The notes under the pieces were generated by a model. That model saw only the letters and a list, made by a program, of their open reading frames with translations, was not told where the DNA came from and made no database searches. A DNA stretch of 64,000 nucleotides from Mobula birostris (Eukaryota), in assembly GCF_030028105.1 (NCBI RefSeq), contig NC_092379.1:30215715-30279714 (forward strand). Direction: 5' to 3'. Positions within the stretch are counted from its first letter, which is position 1. Every line of letters starts with the position of its first letter. Of this stretch, positions 49,684-63,354 are shown one piece after another. The position numbers were made by a program, and so were the translations under genes.

Positions 49684-49977
49684 CTGCATTCCATTTGTAC
49701 ACAGCTTGACAGTAATAGGTGCCGCTGTCTTCCACTCGCAGGTCCCGAATTTCCAATGAAAACTGCTTATCAGTTTTCTTCATCCAAGTAACAAATCTCC
49801 CCCCGCGGGTGACTTCTTTCCGTTCGGCAGCTGAGTTGGTCTGCCTGAAGAATTTTCCTGTCTGAAAGCGATATGTACCAGTAGAACCAGGCTGGAAACT
49901 GCAGGTGATGGTGGCAGTCTGACACTCATTCAAGTTTACAATGGACGGGATCTGAGTCACCGACTGACTCAATGAAC
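49684..49977 (-). CDS. IgNAR-like V segment of NAR-TCR, cassette 2
   Basis: SLSQSVTQIPSIVNLNECQTATITCSFQPGSTGTYRFQTGKFFRQ...RGGRFVTWMKKTDKQFSLEIRDLRVEDSGTYYCQAVYKWNAA. Open frame; RSS CACAATG-22-ACAAAAACT at 49683-49646. Confidence 0.93.
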
Positions 49978-50117
49978 CTAGGAATGAAAAAAAAAACACG
50001 GAAAAAAATTGAGTTGTAGTCATGGACGAACCACCTGAATAAACTCAGCCGGTTGCATCTCAGAGGGCTCAAACAGATTTAAAGTGAATGTAATGTGTAT
50101 GTGTGAAAGGTACTCAC

Positions 50118-50160
50118 GCCGTAAGCAGAGCCAGAGTGTGAAAACAAAGAAGACTCCCAT
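50118..50160 (-). CDS. NAR-TCR leader exon, cassette 2 (MGVFFVFTLWLCLR)
   Basis: ATG at 50160, 43 nt, GTGAGT donor; paralogous to 22113-22155. Confidence 0.9.
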
Positions 50161-53100
50161 CGTCAACAAGGAATATTGCTGAAGTGACGAGGAGATGGAT
50201 CTCACGGTCTGCAGAGTTATGGTGGAACGTACTTCAGAGTTGGGCAGTGAACTTCTATCAACAGGTTTGCTGAGGGATCGTTGTTGTTTTTGATTCTGTG
50301 TCGTGTATTTGAACCAAGTGACGAAGCCCCACCCATAACTTCCTATCTTTTAACAGTGTGACGGAGATGGCCTATCAATGGATGAGTCTGACTCATTCGC
50401 CTTGAACCGGACACTTCTTTTTTCAAAAAAATATAGGGTTGTTTGTTCTTTATTGATGTTGTGACGTGTGCCCTGAGTTTTGTAGTATGCTTCAGTTCTT
50501 ATACTTTGTGACGGAAATCACTCTGTGCTCTTATCTTGACGGCAGGTACGCGGGACGAGCTGACAAACTCTCCCTCAGCCTAGGAAGAGTGTGATGGCAC
50601 ATTCAGCCTTTGGATGCACCAATCCCTCATGGCTGCTTTTCTTCAACAGAAAGTATGGATGAGAGGAAATCTGCCGCCAAGCAGTCTCAATTTGTGTGTG
50701 CTTGACCAGAGGCGTAAAACTGGCAACCCTACTTTCCCTTCCATTCACATTCGATGTCAATCTTTTCGTTTGTGTCCAGGGCTTTGGAAAATCTGAAAGT
50801 CGGTTTTAGATAAAATGAAATTGATATCCACTGCGGCAAAAGACAGGGCAAGAGACGGCTGCTTTGCAGTAAGTTGAGTGGAAGACAGTTTTAGTGAGAT
50901 GTGAGTGGTTATATCGTATTATTATTATTATTAATGGAGAATTCCAATGCAAACCTCCTGTAAAATTCTAGACTCTGCAGCAACTGCTGCCGGTAGAGGC
51001 TGATAAACTGATATTAGAGAGAATTGCTGCCATATCGATATAGGATAAATGGAGGACAAAGGTAAGTGCAGGGTGTGGCGAAATGTTAGAAGGATCATGA
51101 AGTGATTTACATCGGTCTGCACCGCACCGTACTCCGAAGGCTCAATGTTATGCCGTACTGTACTATTTTCTCTGTTCTACCTGAAGGAACCTGGAATTAA
51201 AAAGGCCAGAATGAAACAAAGAGAAGCTCAACGCATCCGAAAGGTAAATGGAACAAATTACATCGAATGTGAGGTACTGTTCTGCATAGGTACAATACCA
51301 AACCAAGATATTTATTTAATACTGGTGAGGCGGGGAAAGCTCACGGTTAAAAGAAAAGTGGAAATGCAAAGTGCCACAGTCGACTAGGAAGACTAAAACT
51401 CCGGTGTGTTTTCTTCTAAGTTAGTATTGAACGTGGATTTGTCTAGGATTTAGTTATTAGATTGGGATTCCGTATTATCTCACGGAAAATAGCCTGCTGA
51501 GCTTTAATTTCCTTGTACCTCCGCAGGTACCAATTTGTCTTTAAAAATCTCGAGTATTACGCGACCAACTGTACTGAAATCTTAGCAAATAAATAAACAA
51601 ACAATAAATAATTCATTCTTTATATTGTCTCAGCATGAACTGTAAGTATGCCAGGCAGAATACTTGAACGCAATACATAAAAACTGCAGTAATAACTCAG
51701 CAGGCCACGCAGCATGTTGGGAAAGAGTAAGCATTCAGCGTGTGTCGCCGGAATCATTATCGGGACCTTAATATTTGCATATACTCCTTGCCGGATATTG
51801 GAAGACTCGGAGATTCCCAGTATCACTGACGACGACTCATGGATGAAATTCATGCAATTTCAGATTCTTCAACACCGTTTTATGGAGCGGAAGCCGGAAC
51901 TGAATGAACGCTGGATGTTTCGAAAGGCTGAGGGCATGATAGATTGGGCATAAAGATGGTGGGTGCACCAGAGTTACAGGAGGCAGGAAAGTGGGTGACA
52001 ATAAAGACAAAGGACTTAAAGAGCCTGTGCAGAGTGCCCTGTGGAAATCTCGCTCAACAACAGATATGCTATTTTGGATAATGCTGGGGGCATGAGGTAA
52101 CAGAGAATCATCACAGCGGTGTACTATCCGGCATCGAGTTCGTTTCTGTGAGGGAGAAGCAATATGAATTGAATCGAATAGAATTGACTTTGATACCTAC
52201 ACTTTTCATTTATATGAGGAGTACATATCTTCACGTTACATTTCCGTTTAAATATGCAATGTGCAATTTATAATAAATACGATGTACACAAGGACAGTCA
52301 AAATAACATAGAAATACAGTTGTGTCGGTATGGTTTAATCCGTCTGATGGCTTGGTGGAAGAAGATGTTCCGGAGCCTGTTGGTCCTGGATTTCATGCTG
52401 CAGTCCTGTATCCCGGATGGGAGCAGCTGGAACATTTTGTGCTTGGGGTGTCTCGGGTCTTTAATAATCCTTCGGGCCCTTTTCACACACCTCTCTTCGT
52501 CAATGTCCTGAATAGTGGGCAGGTCGCATCTACAGATGCGTTGACCGCACCACTCGCTGCAGAGTTCAGCGATTGAGGGAAGTTGTCTAGGATGCTGTCT
52601 AAGTTGCATGCCATCTTGGTCAATGTCTCCCATCCACTACGTCATGTACAGGGTGGGCACAGGTGTACATACGGCCAGAGACTCATTCCTCCGAGATGCA
52701 GCACAGAGCGTCATAGGAAGTCATTCCTGCCTGTTGCCATCAAACTTTATAACTCCTCCCTTGGAGGGTCAGACACCGTGAGCCGATAGGCTGGTCCTGG
52801 ACTTATTTCATAATTTACATATTACTATTTAATTATTTATGGTTCTATTACTATTTATTATTTATGGTGCAACCGTAACGAACACCAATTTCCCCCGGGA
52901 TCAATAAAGTATGACCATGACTATGACTATGACTAAGTACAGATCCAACACCAGGCAGTGATGAAGTCAGTCAGGATGTTCTCAGTTGTCCAGTAGAGCG
53001 TTCTAGGGATCTGGAGTTCAATACCAAACTTATTCAACCGCCTGAGCTGAAAGAAGCGCTGTTTTGCCTTATTCACCACACAACCGGTATGTACCGAACA

Positions 53101-55319
53101 AGTCAGACCCTCAGTGATGTGTATGCCGAAGAACACGAGGTTTAAAGTTCCATTGATTTCAATAGTGTTTAGCCTGAGTCCATTCTGCCTGTAGTCCACA
53201 ACCAGCTCCTTTGTTTTTTTTTTTTTTTTGTTCTGTCACATTGGGAGAGAAGTTGCTTTCCTGATGCCACTGTGTCAGGGTGGTGAATTCTTCTCTTTAG
53301 GGTCTCTCATTATTGCATGAGATTATGTCCATCATGTAGTGTCCTCAGCAAGTTTAATTAGCAGATTGGAGATCTAGGCAGGGACACAGTGTTTGGTATT
53401 CAAAGTGTAAAGGAGGAGACTTCGTACACAGACATGAGGCACCTGAGATCGGGGTCAGAGGAGCAGTGGTGAGGGAGTCTTTTCTTACCACCTGCGGCGA
53501 TCAGACAGAAAATCCAGGATCCAGATACACAAGGCAGGGTGAAGGGCAAGGTCTCTGAACTTCTTGTCGAGTCTGGAGGGAATTACAGTTTTGAATGCTG
53601 AACTGCAGTCCAAGAAGAGCATTGATACATAAGCACCCCGCTTCTCTAGATGTGTAAGGACGGAGTATGGGTCTGTGGCTATTGCGCCATCTATTGGACT
53701 GTTACGTCGATAGGTGAACTGTAGGGCGTCAGTGTGGGTTGTAGCATGCCACAGATGTAGTCCCCGACCAACCACTCAAAGCATTTGCTTGTTACTGAGG
53801 AGAGTCAAACAGTACGCCAGTCGTTCGGACATGTTACCTTGATCTTTTTAGGTACAGGAACAATGACCGAAGTTTTGAAGCAGGAGGACACTCTACATTG
53901 GGAGACGGAGAAAGTCCACTCGTTGGAAACACCGGCGTATTTCAGCCTCAGCAATGACCAGGCTGCCGGTGACATCATCTGCTGGTCTCCTCAGGGGCTC
54001 AGTATTGACAACAGGGAATCGAGCAGATAAAGATTTAGCTCGTCTGGGAGAGAGGCAGCGCTGTTGGAAAATCCACTGCCTTTACCTTTGAGTCTACGAT
54101 GGTGTACAGACCTTGTCGTAAGTTGAGTGTGTAGCTGGTAAAAGTTGTGCCTCGCTGTTGCTCCTGTCGTATTGTTTTGCTGCCATATTGAATTTGCCCG
54201 GATCATAGATGCATTTCTTGAACTGCTGCTGAATACCGGCAACACAAGCTTTGTGTTGCCCAGTAAGTGCTGCTCGCACGGAAATGCTGATCCACAGTGC
54301 CAGTGTCCGGGGCTTCCCGAATCGAGCTTTCAGAATTTTAGATGGGTGTTCGAAGAGCCAGATGTCGTGGCCCCACGTAAGTAGCAATGACATTAATAGT
54401 AAGACTCGCCAGTTTCTGCAGTGATCTGAAGGATTTGGATGCTACGCTAAAGGATAGGATCTCCAGAGCTGTGATCTCAGCATTGTTCCCTGTGCCACGT
54501 CCTCGTGAGGCCAGAAGTTGGAAAATGATACACTTAAATACGGAATTGGTCTATGAAGTAGTACGCGAGATTTTTGGATTATTCGGTTCTCTTCCAGGGA
54601 AAGAGCGTTCTCTACAGAACAGATGGTTTGCAATTAAATTAGAAAGGGAGCAATATCCTATTCTGAAGATTTGCTAGTGTTGGGCGGTAGAGTGTAAGAA
54701 CAAATAGTAGAGAGCCAGACGTTGTTAACATTTCAGACAACATCAGCAGTCAAAACTTTGAGAATGTTGTGGCGGATGTCCTGAGCTGTGATTATTTCAC
54801 TACTAGAGGAACCTTTAGTAAGTCAGATGAACTCAGGGCATGGATGAACCCAGGCAATTATGATATTGTAGCCATTAGTGAGACCTGGTTGCAGAAACGG
54901 CAGGAATAACAACTCAGTATCCCGCGGTTCCTTTGTTTAGGATGCGACAGAAGAGCAGGGATTAAATGAGAAATGAAAATGAGACCCGGGTCATCATTGA
55001 ACCATATAACCAGAAATGTGAGCTCCCTTTCCTGTTTGCGGGAGGTATTTATCTTTTATTTCCTGTTTGTGGGAGGTATTAATCTGTTATTTCTTCACGA
55101 TCCTCGAGACTTTTCAGAACAATTGGGAAAATAAGGAAGACAGGCGGTAGCTTCTTCCACGATTTGAGCTGCCCTGTTTTTTCCCGTCTTTCCTTTTAAG
55201 GCCCCGATTGATTTCATTCCCATGGTAACCATTCTACAGGAAAATCGTGCTAAATTGTCTCCTGTTCCGAAATAGTTGTCCCATGGTTAATCAACATTGA
55301 AAGGACTGCTCTACGATGC

Positions 55320-55757
55320 GATGCGTAATGGCGACTTTCATTTTGATGTATAAGTCCGTGTCATTTGGCATCCAATTGACGGCATGCCAAATGCTAGCAT
55401 CCGGTGTCAGTATATTAAAATGTCAACGATCAGGAGGCAACTACTCTTCTCCATCTCCATCGTCAATTGAATATTCGGATGTGTTATGTTCAGATCGGCG
55501 TGAGCGTTTATTGAAAAGTCGTATCCGCTGCTCTGGTTTTTAGCTGAAGCCTGTTCTACATTCTTTAAAGGATGGGTGAACCAGTTATTGACCAAATAAA
55601 GCATGGTCTCCTAAAGAAAATGAACCGTCGACAGGAGCAGACGATCCCGAAACAGCAGGAAACCATTGATCACCTGCTCGCCAATTTCAAGCAACCTTTC
55701 ATACCGCAACAGCAACACCACGCTAGTGTGCCTCCTAGATCTGAGTCCAACGTTGCA
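55320..55757 (-). mobile_element. Penelope-like RT fragment
   Basis: LNITHPNIQLTMEMEK...DILI motif. Confidence 0.65.
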
Positions 55758-57870
55758 TAGAAACATAGAAACATAGCAAATAGGTGCAAGAGTAGGCCAT
55801 TCGGCCCTTTGAGCCTGCACTGCCATTCAATATGATCGTGGCTGATCATCCAACTCAGAACCCTATACAAGCCTTCCCTCCATACCCCCTGATCCCCTTA
55901 GCCACAAGGGCCATATCTAACTCCCTCTTAAGTATAGCCAATGAACTAGCCTCAAATATTTTCTGTGGCTGAGAATTCCACAGATTCACCACTCTCTGTG
56001 TGAAGAAGTTTTTCCTAATCTCGGTCCTAAAAGGTTTCCCCTTTATCCTCAGACTGTGACCCCTCGTTCCGGACTTCCCCAACCTCGGGAACAATATTCC
56101 TGCATCTAGCCTGTCCAATCCCTTTAGAATTTTATACGTTTCAATAAGACCCCCTCTCAATCCTCTGAATTCCAGCGAGTATAATCCTAGTCAATCCAAT
56201 CTTTCATCATATGAAAGTCCTGCCATCCCAGGAATCAATCTGGTGAACATTATCTGTACTGCCTCGATGGCAAGAATGCCTTTCCTCAGATTAGAGGACC
56301 AAAACTGCACAGAATACTCCAGGTGTGGTCTCACCAAGGCCTTGTACAACTGCAGTAGTACCTCCCTGCTAATGTACTCGAATCATCTTGCTATGAATGC
56401 CAGCATACCATTCGCCTTTTTCACCGCCTGTTGAAACCTACATGCTCACTTTCAATGACTGGTGTATAATAACACCCAGGTCTCGTTGCATCTCCCCCTT
56501 TCCTAATCGGCCACCATTCAGATAATAATCTGTTTTCCTGTTTTTGCCTCCAAAGTGGATAACCTCACATTTAACCACATTAAATTGCATCTGCCATGAA
56601 TTTGCCCACTCAGTTAACCTATCCAAGTCACTCTGCATACTCTTAGCATCCTCCTCACAGCGAACACTGCCGCCCAGCTTCATGTCATCCGCACACTTGG
56701 AGATGCTGCATTTAATTCCCTCATCTAAGTCATTAATATATATTGTAAACAACTGGGGTCCCAGCACTAAGCCTTGCGGTACCCCACAAGTCACTGCCTG
56801 CCATTCTGAAAAGGTCCCGTTTTATCCCACTCTTTGCTTCCAGCCTGCCAACCAATTCTCTATCCACATCAATACTTTACCCCCAATACCGTGTGCTTTA
56901 AGTTTGCACACTAATCTCCTGTGTGGGACCTTGGCAAAAGCCTTTGGCATATCCAAATATACCACATCCACTGGTTCTCCCCTATCCACTCTACTAGTTA
57001 CATCCTCAAAAAATTCTATGAGATTGTTCAGACATGATTTTCCTTTCACAGATCCATGCTGACTTTGTCTGATGATTTCACCGCTTTCCAAATGTGCTGT
57101 TATCACATCTTTGATAACTGACTCTAGCATTTTCCCCACCACCGATGTTAGGCTAACGGGTCTATAATTTCCCAGTTTCTCTCTCCCACCTTTTTGAAAA
57201 AAAAAACAGGGTTACATTAGCCACCCTCCAATCCTTAGGAACTAGTCCAGAATCTAAAGAGTTTCGAAAAATTATCACTAATGCATCCATTATTTCTTGG
57301 GCTACTTCCTTAAGCCCTCTGGGATGCAGACCATCTGGCCCTGGGGATTTATCTGCCTTTAATCCCTTCAATTTACCTAACACCACTTCCCTACTAACAT
57401 GTATTTCCCTCAGTTCCTTCATCTCACTAGACCCTCTGTCCCCTACTATTTCCGGAAGATTATTTATGTCCTGCTTAGTGAAGAGAGAACCAAAGTAGTT
57501 ATTCAATTGGTCTGCAATGTCCCTGTTCCCCATAACCAATTCACCTGTTTCTGTCTGTAGGGGACTTACATTTGTCTTAATCAATCTTTTTTCTTTTCAC
57601 ATATCTATAAAAGCTTTTACAGTCAGTTTTTATGTTCCCTGCCAGTTTTCTCTCTTAATCTTTTCTCCCTTTCCTAATTAAGCCCTTTGTCCTCGTTTGC
57701 TGGACTCTAAATTTCTCCCAGTCCTCAGGTGAGCCGCTTTTTCAGGCTAATTTGTATGCTTCTTCTTTGGAATTGATACTATCCCTAATTTCCCTTGTCA
57801 GCCACAGGTGCACTACCTTCCCTGATTTATTCTTTTTGCCAAACTGGGATGAACAATTGTTGCAGTGCAC
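55757..57870 (-). mobile_element. CR1 LINE ORF2 3' half
   Basis: SPGPDGLHPRGLKE; HGSVKGKSCLNNLIEFFEDVT...KAFAKVPH; GVPQGLVLGPQLF...ADD; (AAACATAG)n tail at 55757. Confidence 0.9.
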
Positions 57871-60800
57871 GAAAGCTTCAACAAATCTGCAAGACAATGT
57901 TGCAACTTCCATGTCCGGGTGTATCTTACACTTCGAGCTCCTGCCATCCCTATATTCCATGTACAGAGCCAAGACAGCCCTCCTCATCTCTATCCTAACT
58001 TGGCGACTCCGTCGAAGCCACCTTTAATTGGGAAAATAAAACCGGTATTTGAAATAAATATTAGTAATACACTGTTGAGTTACGTCCGAATTCGACCATC
58101 AAGGAGTGGAAGATGATTAGAATATCAGATAATTTGCCTGCTTTGCCTCATGCTCTGTTCTCGATGACATCTTGGATTTTAGGACTGGAATGCGGAAGCG
58201 CTATTTGCCTAACAGCATCAGGGTATATCAGGGCGCCTGTGCTATTTCTACACCAGTGAGAAGCCCATCGAACACAAAGGTTTCTAAACTCTAAACATCA
58301 TAATTTACAAATTGCTGATGGTACGACCCTCGAAAGTATCATCCAGAAAGCTTGTTTCGTTCTCTCAAATATTTCTGGCTGTAGAATCCTCATCATCAAG
58401 GCGTACAGAACCAACGCTAGCAGCAGGAGATCGCTTATTGCTCAGACCCATACAGCTCCCCGCCCCAAGAGTATGAGGGACCAGTGCAGTCACATAATTT
58501 GCCCTTACTGCGCAGCCTCCGATCACCCACACATCCTTCTTCTACTTCGTTCAGGAAACTGCACAAGCAGGTGGAGTCGAGATTCCTTCTTTGTCCTTCC
58601 AGTAACAAAGCCTGATTCTCTCACTCTGTCTTCCTCCACACCTCGACCGCTCTACGTATATAGAAGTCCATAATGGACTCCGTGCGGTAGGCAACTTTCT
58701 GGAAATGTTTCTCTGTGTGCAAGTTCGATTCCCTATCCAGCTGACTCTATCCACTATGCATAAACGGAACGTGATAGACTTCCCGTTGGGACTAGGATGG
58801 TCAGAACGCCCAAAAGACCTGTGGACGTGAGCACTGGAGAGTACAGCGTGTCCAGAAATGCGTACTTACCGACTCACCCAAAACTCATATCGTTTTCAGT
58901 TACCACCCTCATTTCGCCTAGTCATCCGGCTCACTGCTGAGCTGGGGAAGCCATCTGCCTGCAACTTCATTTCACTTCACCCGGTAAATCTCTCGACCTT
59001 ACCAAATTCCCACAGGAATACACTTACTTAGCGATTACCTTCAGTAAAATAGAAGTCTGCATTCTGCTGCCTCACCGATCACCCCTCCCTTATTTTGTCT
59101 GTTATACGTCGCCCATCCTGAGACCCGAGCCTTGAATGATTATATTTCCGATGCGCTACGGAATTCCTATATTCAAAAATCCCAGTCCTCAGCCCCGATG
59201 AAGAGACCTTATGTGTAAGTAAAGAGAATAAATTGTGGTGTTCATCCATGCATTCACTACTGTAGACTTTAGAAAATCAATATTAAGAATGCGAACTCTG
59301 CACTTGATGGATCGTGCATTAAAAACACTCCCAGTGACTGATCTTCACCAAACTGCTTCTATAGATCGCTAGGGAGATGAGTGGAAGACGGCGTTCATCA
59401 CAGCAACTAACTCCAAGGAACGCTCTGCGATTCATATCCGATTTCACTGTTATTGAGTCAAAATAATCTAAGGAAACAGACGGGAGCAAATAAAGCGTCT
59501 CTTTTTAGTGTTTTCTTTTCACGGAGCGGCGTAATGACTTTGCCGCTCATGCACTTAATTTTATGAAACATGTCATCAGTTATGTAACCATACAAAGGAT
59601 GCTTAATCAAACAATATGTTTAAACTATTAACATCCACAGCACAGTAAAGTTTGAGTTGCCCCATTCAAACCTGAAGGTTTAATCTCTCTGGATAATGTT
59701 CTATACCTGTGGGATATCTTCTTTCTTGTCAAGGGTAGTGGGAGTATAATTGTACCAAACAGGTAAAAATTGTTGCAATCAACCAATATCAGGCTCGGTA
59801 CCTCCTCTTTGGGGGTGATAGGCATTGAGTCTGGGAAAGAAGAAGGCTTTTCTGACTTCACTGGAGTCCTTTCTTCTCTATCTATTGATTCTGATCTCCC
59901 CAACGGTTCAATGTGTCGTCTCCAGGTGATATGGCACATAATCTCTACCGTCCAGGGCAGTGATCCACTTCTGCCCTTAATATTTTCAAACACCCGCTTT
60001 TGATCACCAACATAGCTCCTCACCAGGACGATTTGCCTAGAACTGAAACATTGCGTTCCTTGTTTGAGGAGTTTTCAGCTTGTCTCAGCTGTTTGCCTCT
60101 GTAGTCGGACCGCTACCCACAGTGAAACATGCTTATCTGGATCTAGAGTAGACATGAATGATTGACGGTCATTAATGAAGGTAATCTGGTTCCCGACCCA
60201 GTGCTGGTTAGAACTCCAATCTTCAAACTCGGGATGGTAAACGAACGGAAATGCTATGTATAACTACTATGTGAAATATTCAGGTGATACCACTTTATTC
60301 TTGATCTGCTAGAAATTTCCAAAATATTCCAAACACTGTTGTGGCATTATCCAGTACCTTTCTTACTTCACTGTCAGTTGACATTGCAGGTATTTGGCAA
60401 GCAAACGCTGGATGCATCTCCAATCAAGTTGTAATCCTTTCAGCCAACAGCGACCCACATTGCTGGTCTTGTTGACTGTTGCATTTTCCATTACTAATGT
60501 CATTCCTACAGTAGTCATCTGTTTTCCACAATAGGTTGAATATCTGCCAGCTTCTTTTTCACTCTTATTTGAAAGACTGAATGTCGCAGCCGAGCGAGAG
60601 TCTCACTGAATTTTAATTAATCTACCGTTCTATTCTGTTTATCCTTTATCTCAAATCTCAAAGGTACACGTCCGTTGACACTTTCCTTTATTAGACTTTT
60701 TCATCAAAGTCAGGCTGATTGGTGCTCTTTTGGAAATTGAAACTTGACTATTTATGTCCTGCTCTTTCTTGTGCAGTACGTTTATTCCTGTTTGCCCGAC

Positions 60801-61339
60801 ATGCTTTACCTCGTTGCATACCTCTGCAACTTTCACCTTTAAAACTGCATTGCTCTGATGTGTCTGAGCCCCTACAAAAACGGAAACACAATTTTTTCAT
60901 CAGGCACGTAGCTGCTAAGACGTTGTAAAGTTTTCACGCTCAATTTCATTCCGGACCGCAACTGAATTGCTTCTCTGTTGCGGTTTTCATTGATACATTC
61001 ATGTTAACTGTTCTCTTAAATATAAGCTGATTTTCAGTTACCCGCAAGTGTTCTTAAACGTTCTCTCGTAAAATTCCACAAACTAAACTAAACGATCAAT
61101 CAGTATTCACAAAGACCATCAACTGTCAGTGGTCTGTTAATTTCCTCCTTTGAAGTACTTCAGATTTGATTCCGCTTATGATAGCAAAAACAAATGCTCA
61201 ATCCTTCTTTATATATCGTCCAGTTTACGGCTACTTCGTATTATTATTACCCGTACTCTCTGTTTACGAGCAAGGGAATGACGTCTGTTCCTGATTATTT
61301 TAAACGTCACAGTCTGTCTCTCTCTCTCCCCCTTTACTG

Positions 61340-61800
61340 GACACTAGACACTATAATAATACAGCACAGAACAGGCCATTCGAACCTTGACGTTGTGCCG
61401 ACCCATATATTCTTGAAATAAAGTACTAAACCCACACTACCACGTAACCCTCCATTTTTCTTTCATCTATCTGCCTGTTCAAGAGGCTCTTAAATACTCC
61501 TAATGTTTTAGCCTCCACCAGCATCCCTGGGAAGTCATTCCAGGCACCTACAACCTTTTGTGTAAAACAATTACACCTGATCTCTCCGCTGAATTTCCCT
61601 CCTTTAACTTTGTACATATGTCCACTGATATTTGCTATTCGTGTCCTGGGAAACAGGCACTGGCTATCCACCCTATCTATCCCTCTCATAATCTTGTAGA
61701 GCTCTATTAAGTTCCCTCTCATCTTTCTACGCTCCAAAGAGAAAAGTCCCAGCTCTGCTAACCTTGCCCCATAAGACTTGTTTTCCACTCCAGGCAACAT
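61340..61800 (-). mobile_element. CR1 3' end
   Basis: RMLPG...SLERRKMRGNLIE...FTQKVVGAWN. Confidence 0.85.
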
Positions 61801-62699
61801 CCTTCCCCTATATCTCACCTCTCCTCTCCTCTCCCAGACATTTCTTTCCTTCCTTTACTCTCTCTTTTACATCACCGTCTTTCCTCCCCATCCTCTCCCT
61901 CAGTACTTTCTACCTTTTCATACCTTTCTTTCCCATATCTAAATACTACCCTATGCCTTCTCCCATTCTCTTCAGATGCCAAGACCTGGACATCGATCAA
62001 GAGGACGGTAGGGCTCTGAAGAAGGGATGCTTATTTGGGATCTCTCGCTTACCCAGACAAAGTTTCTTCCTTCTCTCACCCCGAGATCCTGCGTCTCACT
62101 GCATTGATAACTGTCAATCCCTACAGGAGACTGGGCAGGGCCATGGAACGCAGTAGAGACTTCATTTTGCTCCACATCCACCAGCTAGGTCTTGTGTGGT
62201 TTGGGTTGAAATCAAAATGTGTGATCTGGTACGGTGGAGGGATGGAGAGAGTTGGAATGAGAATTGGGGGACAGAGATATATGGGGGAGGGGAAAGGAGA
62301 AAGATGTGTCACAATGGCGGGGGCATTGGGAGCTAGGGTGGACCCAAATGCAAGACACATTTTGTGAGGTTAATTACCATTTAGTTTATTGTTCGGTATA
62401 ATGAGAGCAAAGCAGAAGCAGGAATAGCGAACAGGATAAGGACAAAGGACTACGACTAGGCTGGGACCAAAGGTCTAAGCTTGGACTTGGAATCGGCTCC
62501 CAGAACTAGAGGAGACATGAAGAGATTAGGGTATGTGTCCGAGCCAGAGACGGGGCAAGGAACCAGTACCTGGGTCTTGTCTCGGGCAGACACCCCAGAA
62601 CCAGGCATCGACATGACATGGGCTAGGGAGAGGAGGAGCATGGAAAACAGAGCCTCGGTCTCGGGAGAGCAGGTGCACGGAACCATGGACAACTACACA

Positions 62700-62870
62700 G
62701 AACACAGAGTCGGGACCCTTCCTTGGGTACAGGACACAGGGCCGGGACTCAAACACAGAACAGAAGGCCGGGACCCCTCCTTGGGTACAGGACATAGGGC
62801 CGGGACTCACACACAGAACAGAGAGCCGGGACCCCTCCTTGGGTACAGGACGTAGGGCAGGGACTCAGGA
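62700..62870. repeat. 58-bp tandem repeat x3
   Basis: CGGGACCC(T/C)TCCTTGGGTACAGGAC starts at 62711, 62769 and 62827. Confidence 0.9.
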
Positions 62871-63198
62871 CCCTCCGCGGGGCAACGGCAAGACGGCCTG
62901 ACTTACATCCATGGAGGCGAGGACCAGACAAGACAAGACATGACCCCCCGCGGAGCAAAGGCAAGACGGCCAGACGTACCCCCAAGGAGGCGAGGACAAG
63001 ACAAGACAAGACCAACGGGAATGAACACCAAACAGTAACTATCTAGCTCTGGCGATGGAACTAGACCGAAGTTCAGGTGGGGCTGCAGACGAGGGCTAGA
63101 GGCGAGAGGGCAGAGAAGGGATTCAGACAAGGGGGTAGGACACGAATCATAGACCGCCAAGGCTAGGACTTGACTCAGAACCGGGAAGCCGGAAGGGA

Positions 63199-63354
63199 CA
63201 GGACTTGACTTGGTGCTTGAATGCCGTCAAGCCCAGGACTTGACTTGGTGCTTGAATGCCGCCAGGGTAAGGACTTGACTTGGTGCTTGAATGCCGCCAG
63301 GAACAGGACTTGACTTGGTGCTTGAATGCCGCCGGAGCCAGGACTTGACTTGGA
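63199..63354. repeat. 35-bp tandem repeat (4 full + 1 partial unit)
   Basis: GGACTTGACTTGG starts at 63201, 63236, 63271, 63306 and 63341. Confidence 0.95.

Larger units (their letters stand above)
31250..54930. repeat. Segmental duplication unit 2 (longer owing to HERO and CR1 insertions)
   Basis: Same order of landmarks as unit 1, with extra inserts at 36090-38620, 42368-46650 and ~52577-52935. Confidence 0.9.

Noticed and set aside
58300-60600. Open frames at 58473-58754 and 59628-60023, and donor-like GTGAGT/GTAAGT near 58865
   Set aside because: No recognisable domain, leader, J motif or RSS. Left unannotated.
63199-63354. CRISPR-like look (constant ~28 nt plus variable ~7 nt)
   Set aside because: The variable parts are too short and related to each other, there are no cas genes, and the context is a eukaryotic LTR. 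It is a simple 35-bp tandem repeat.
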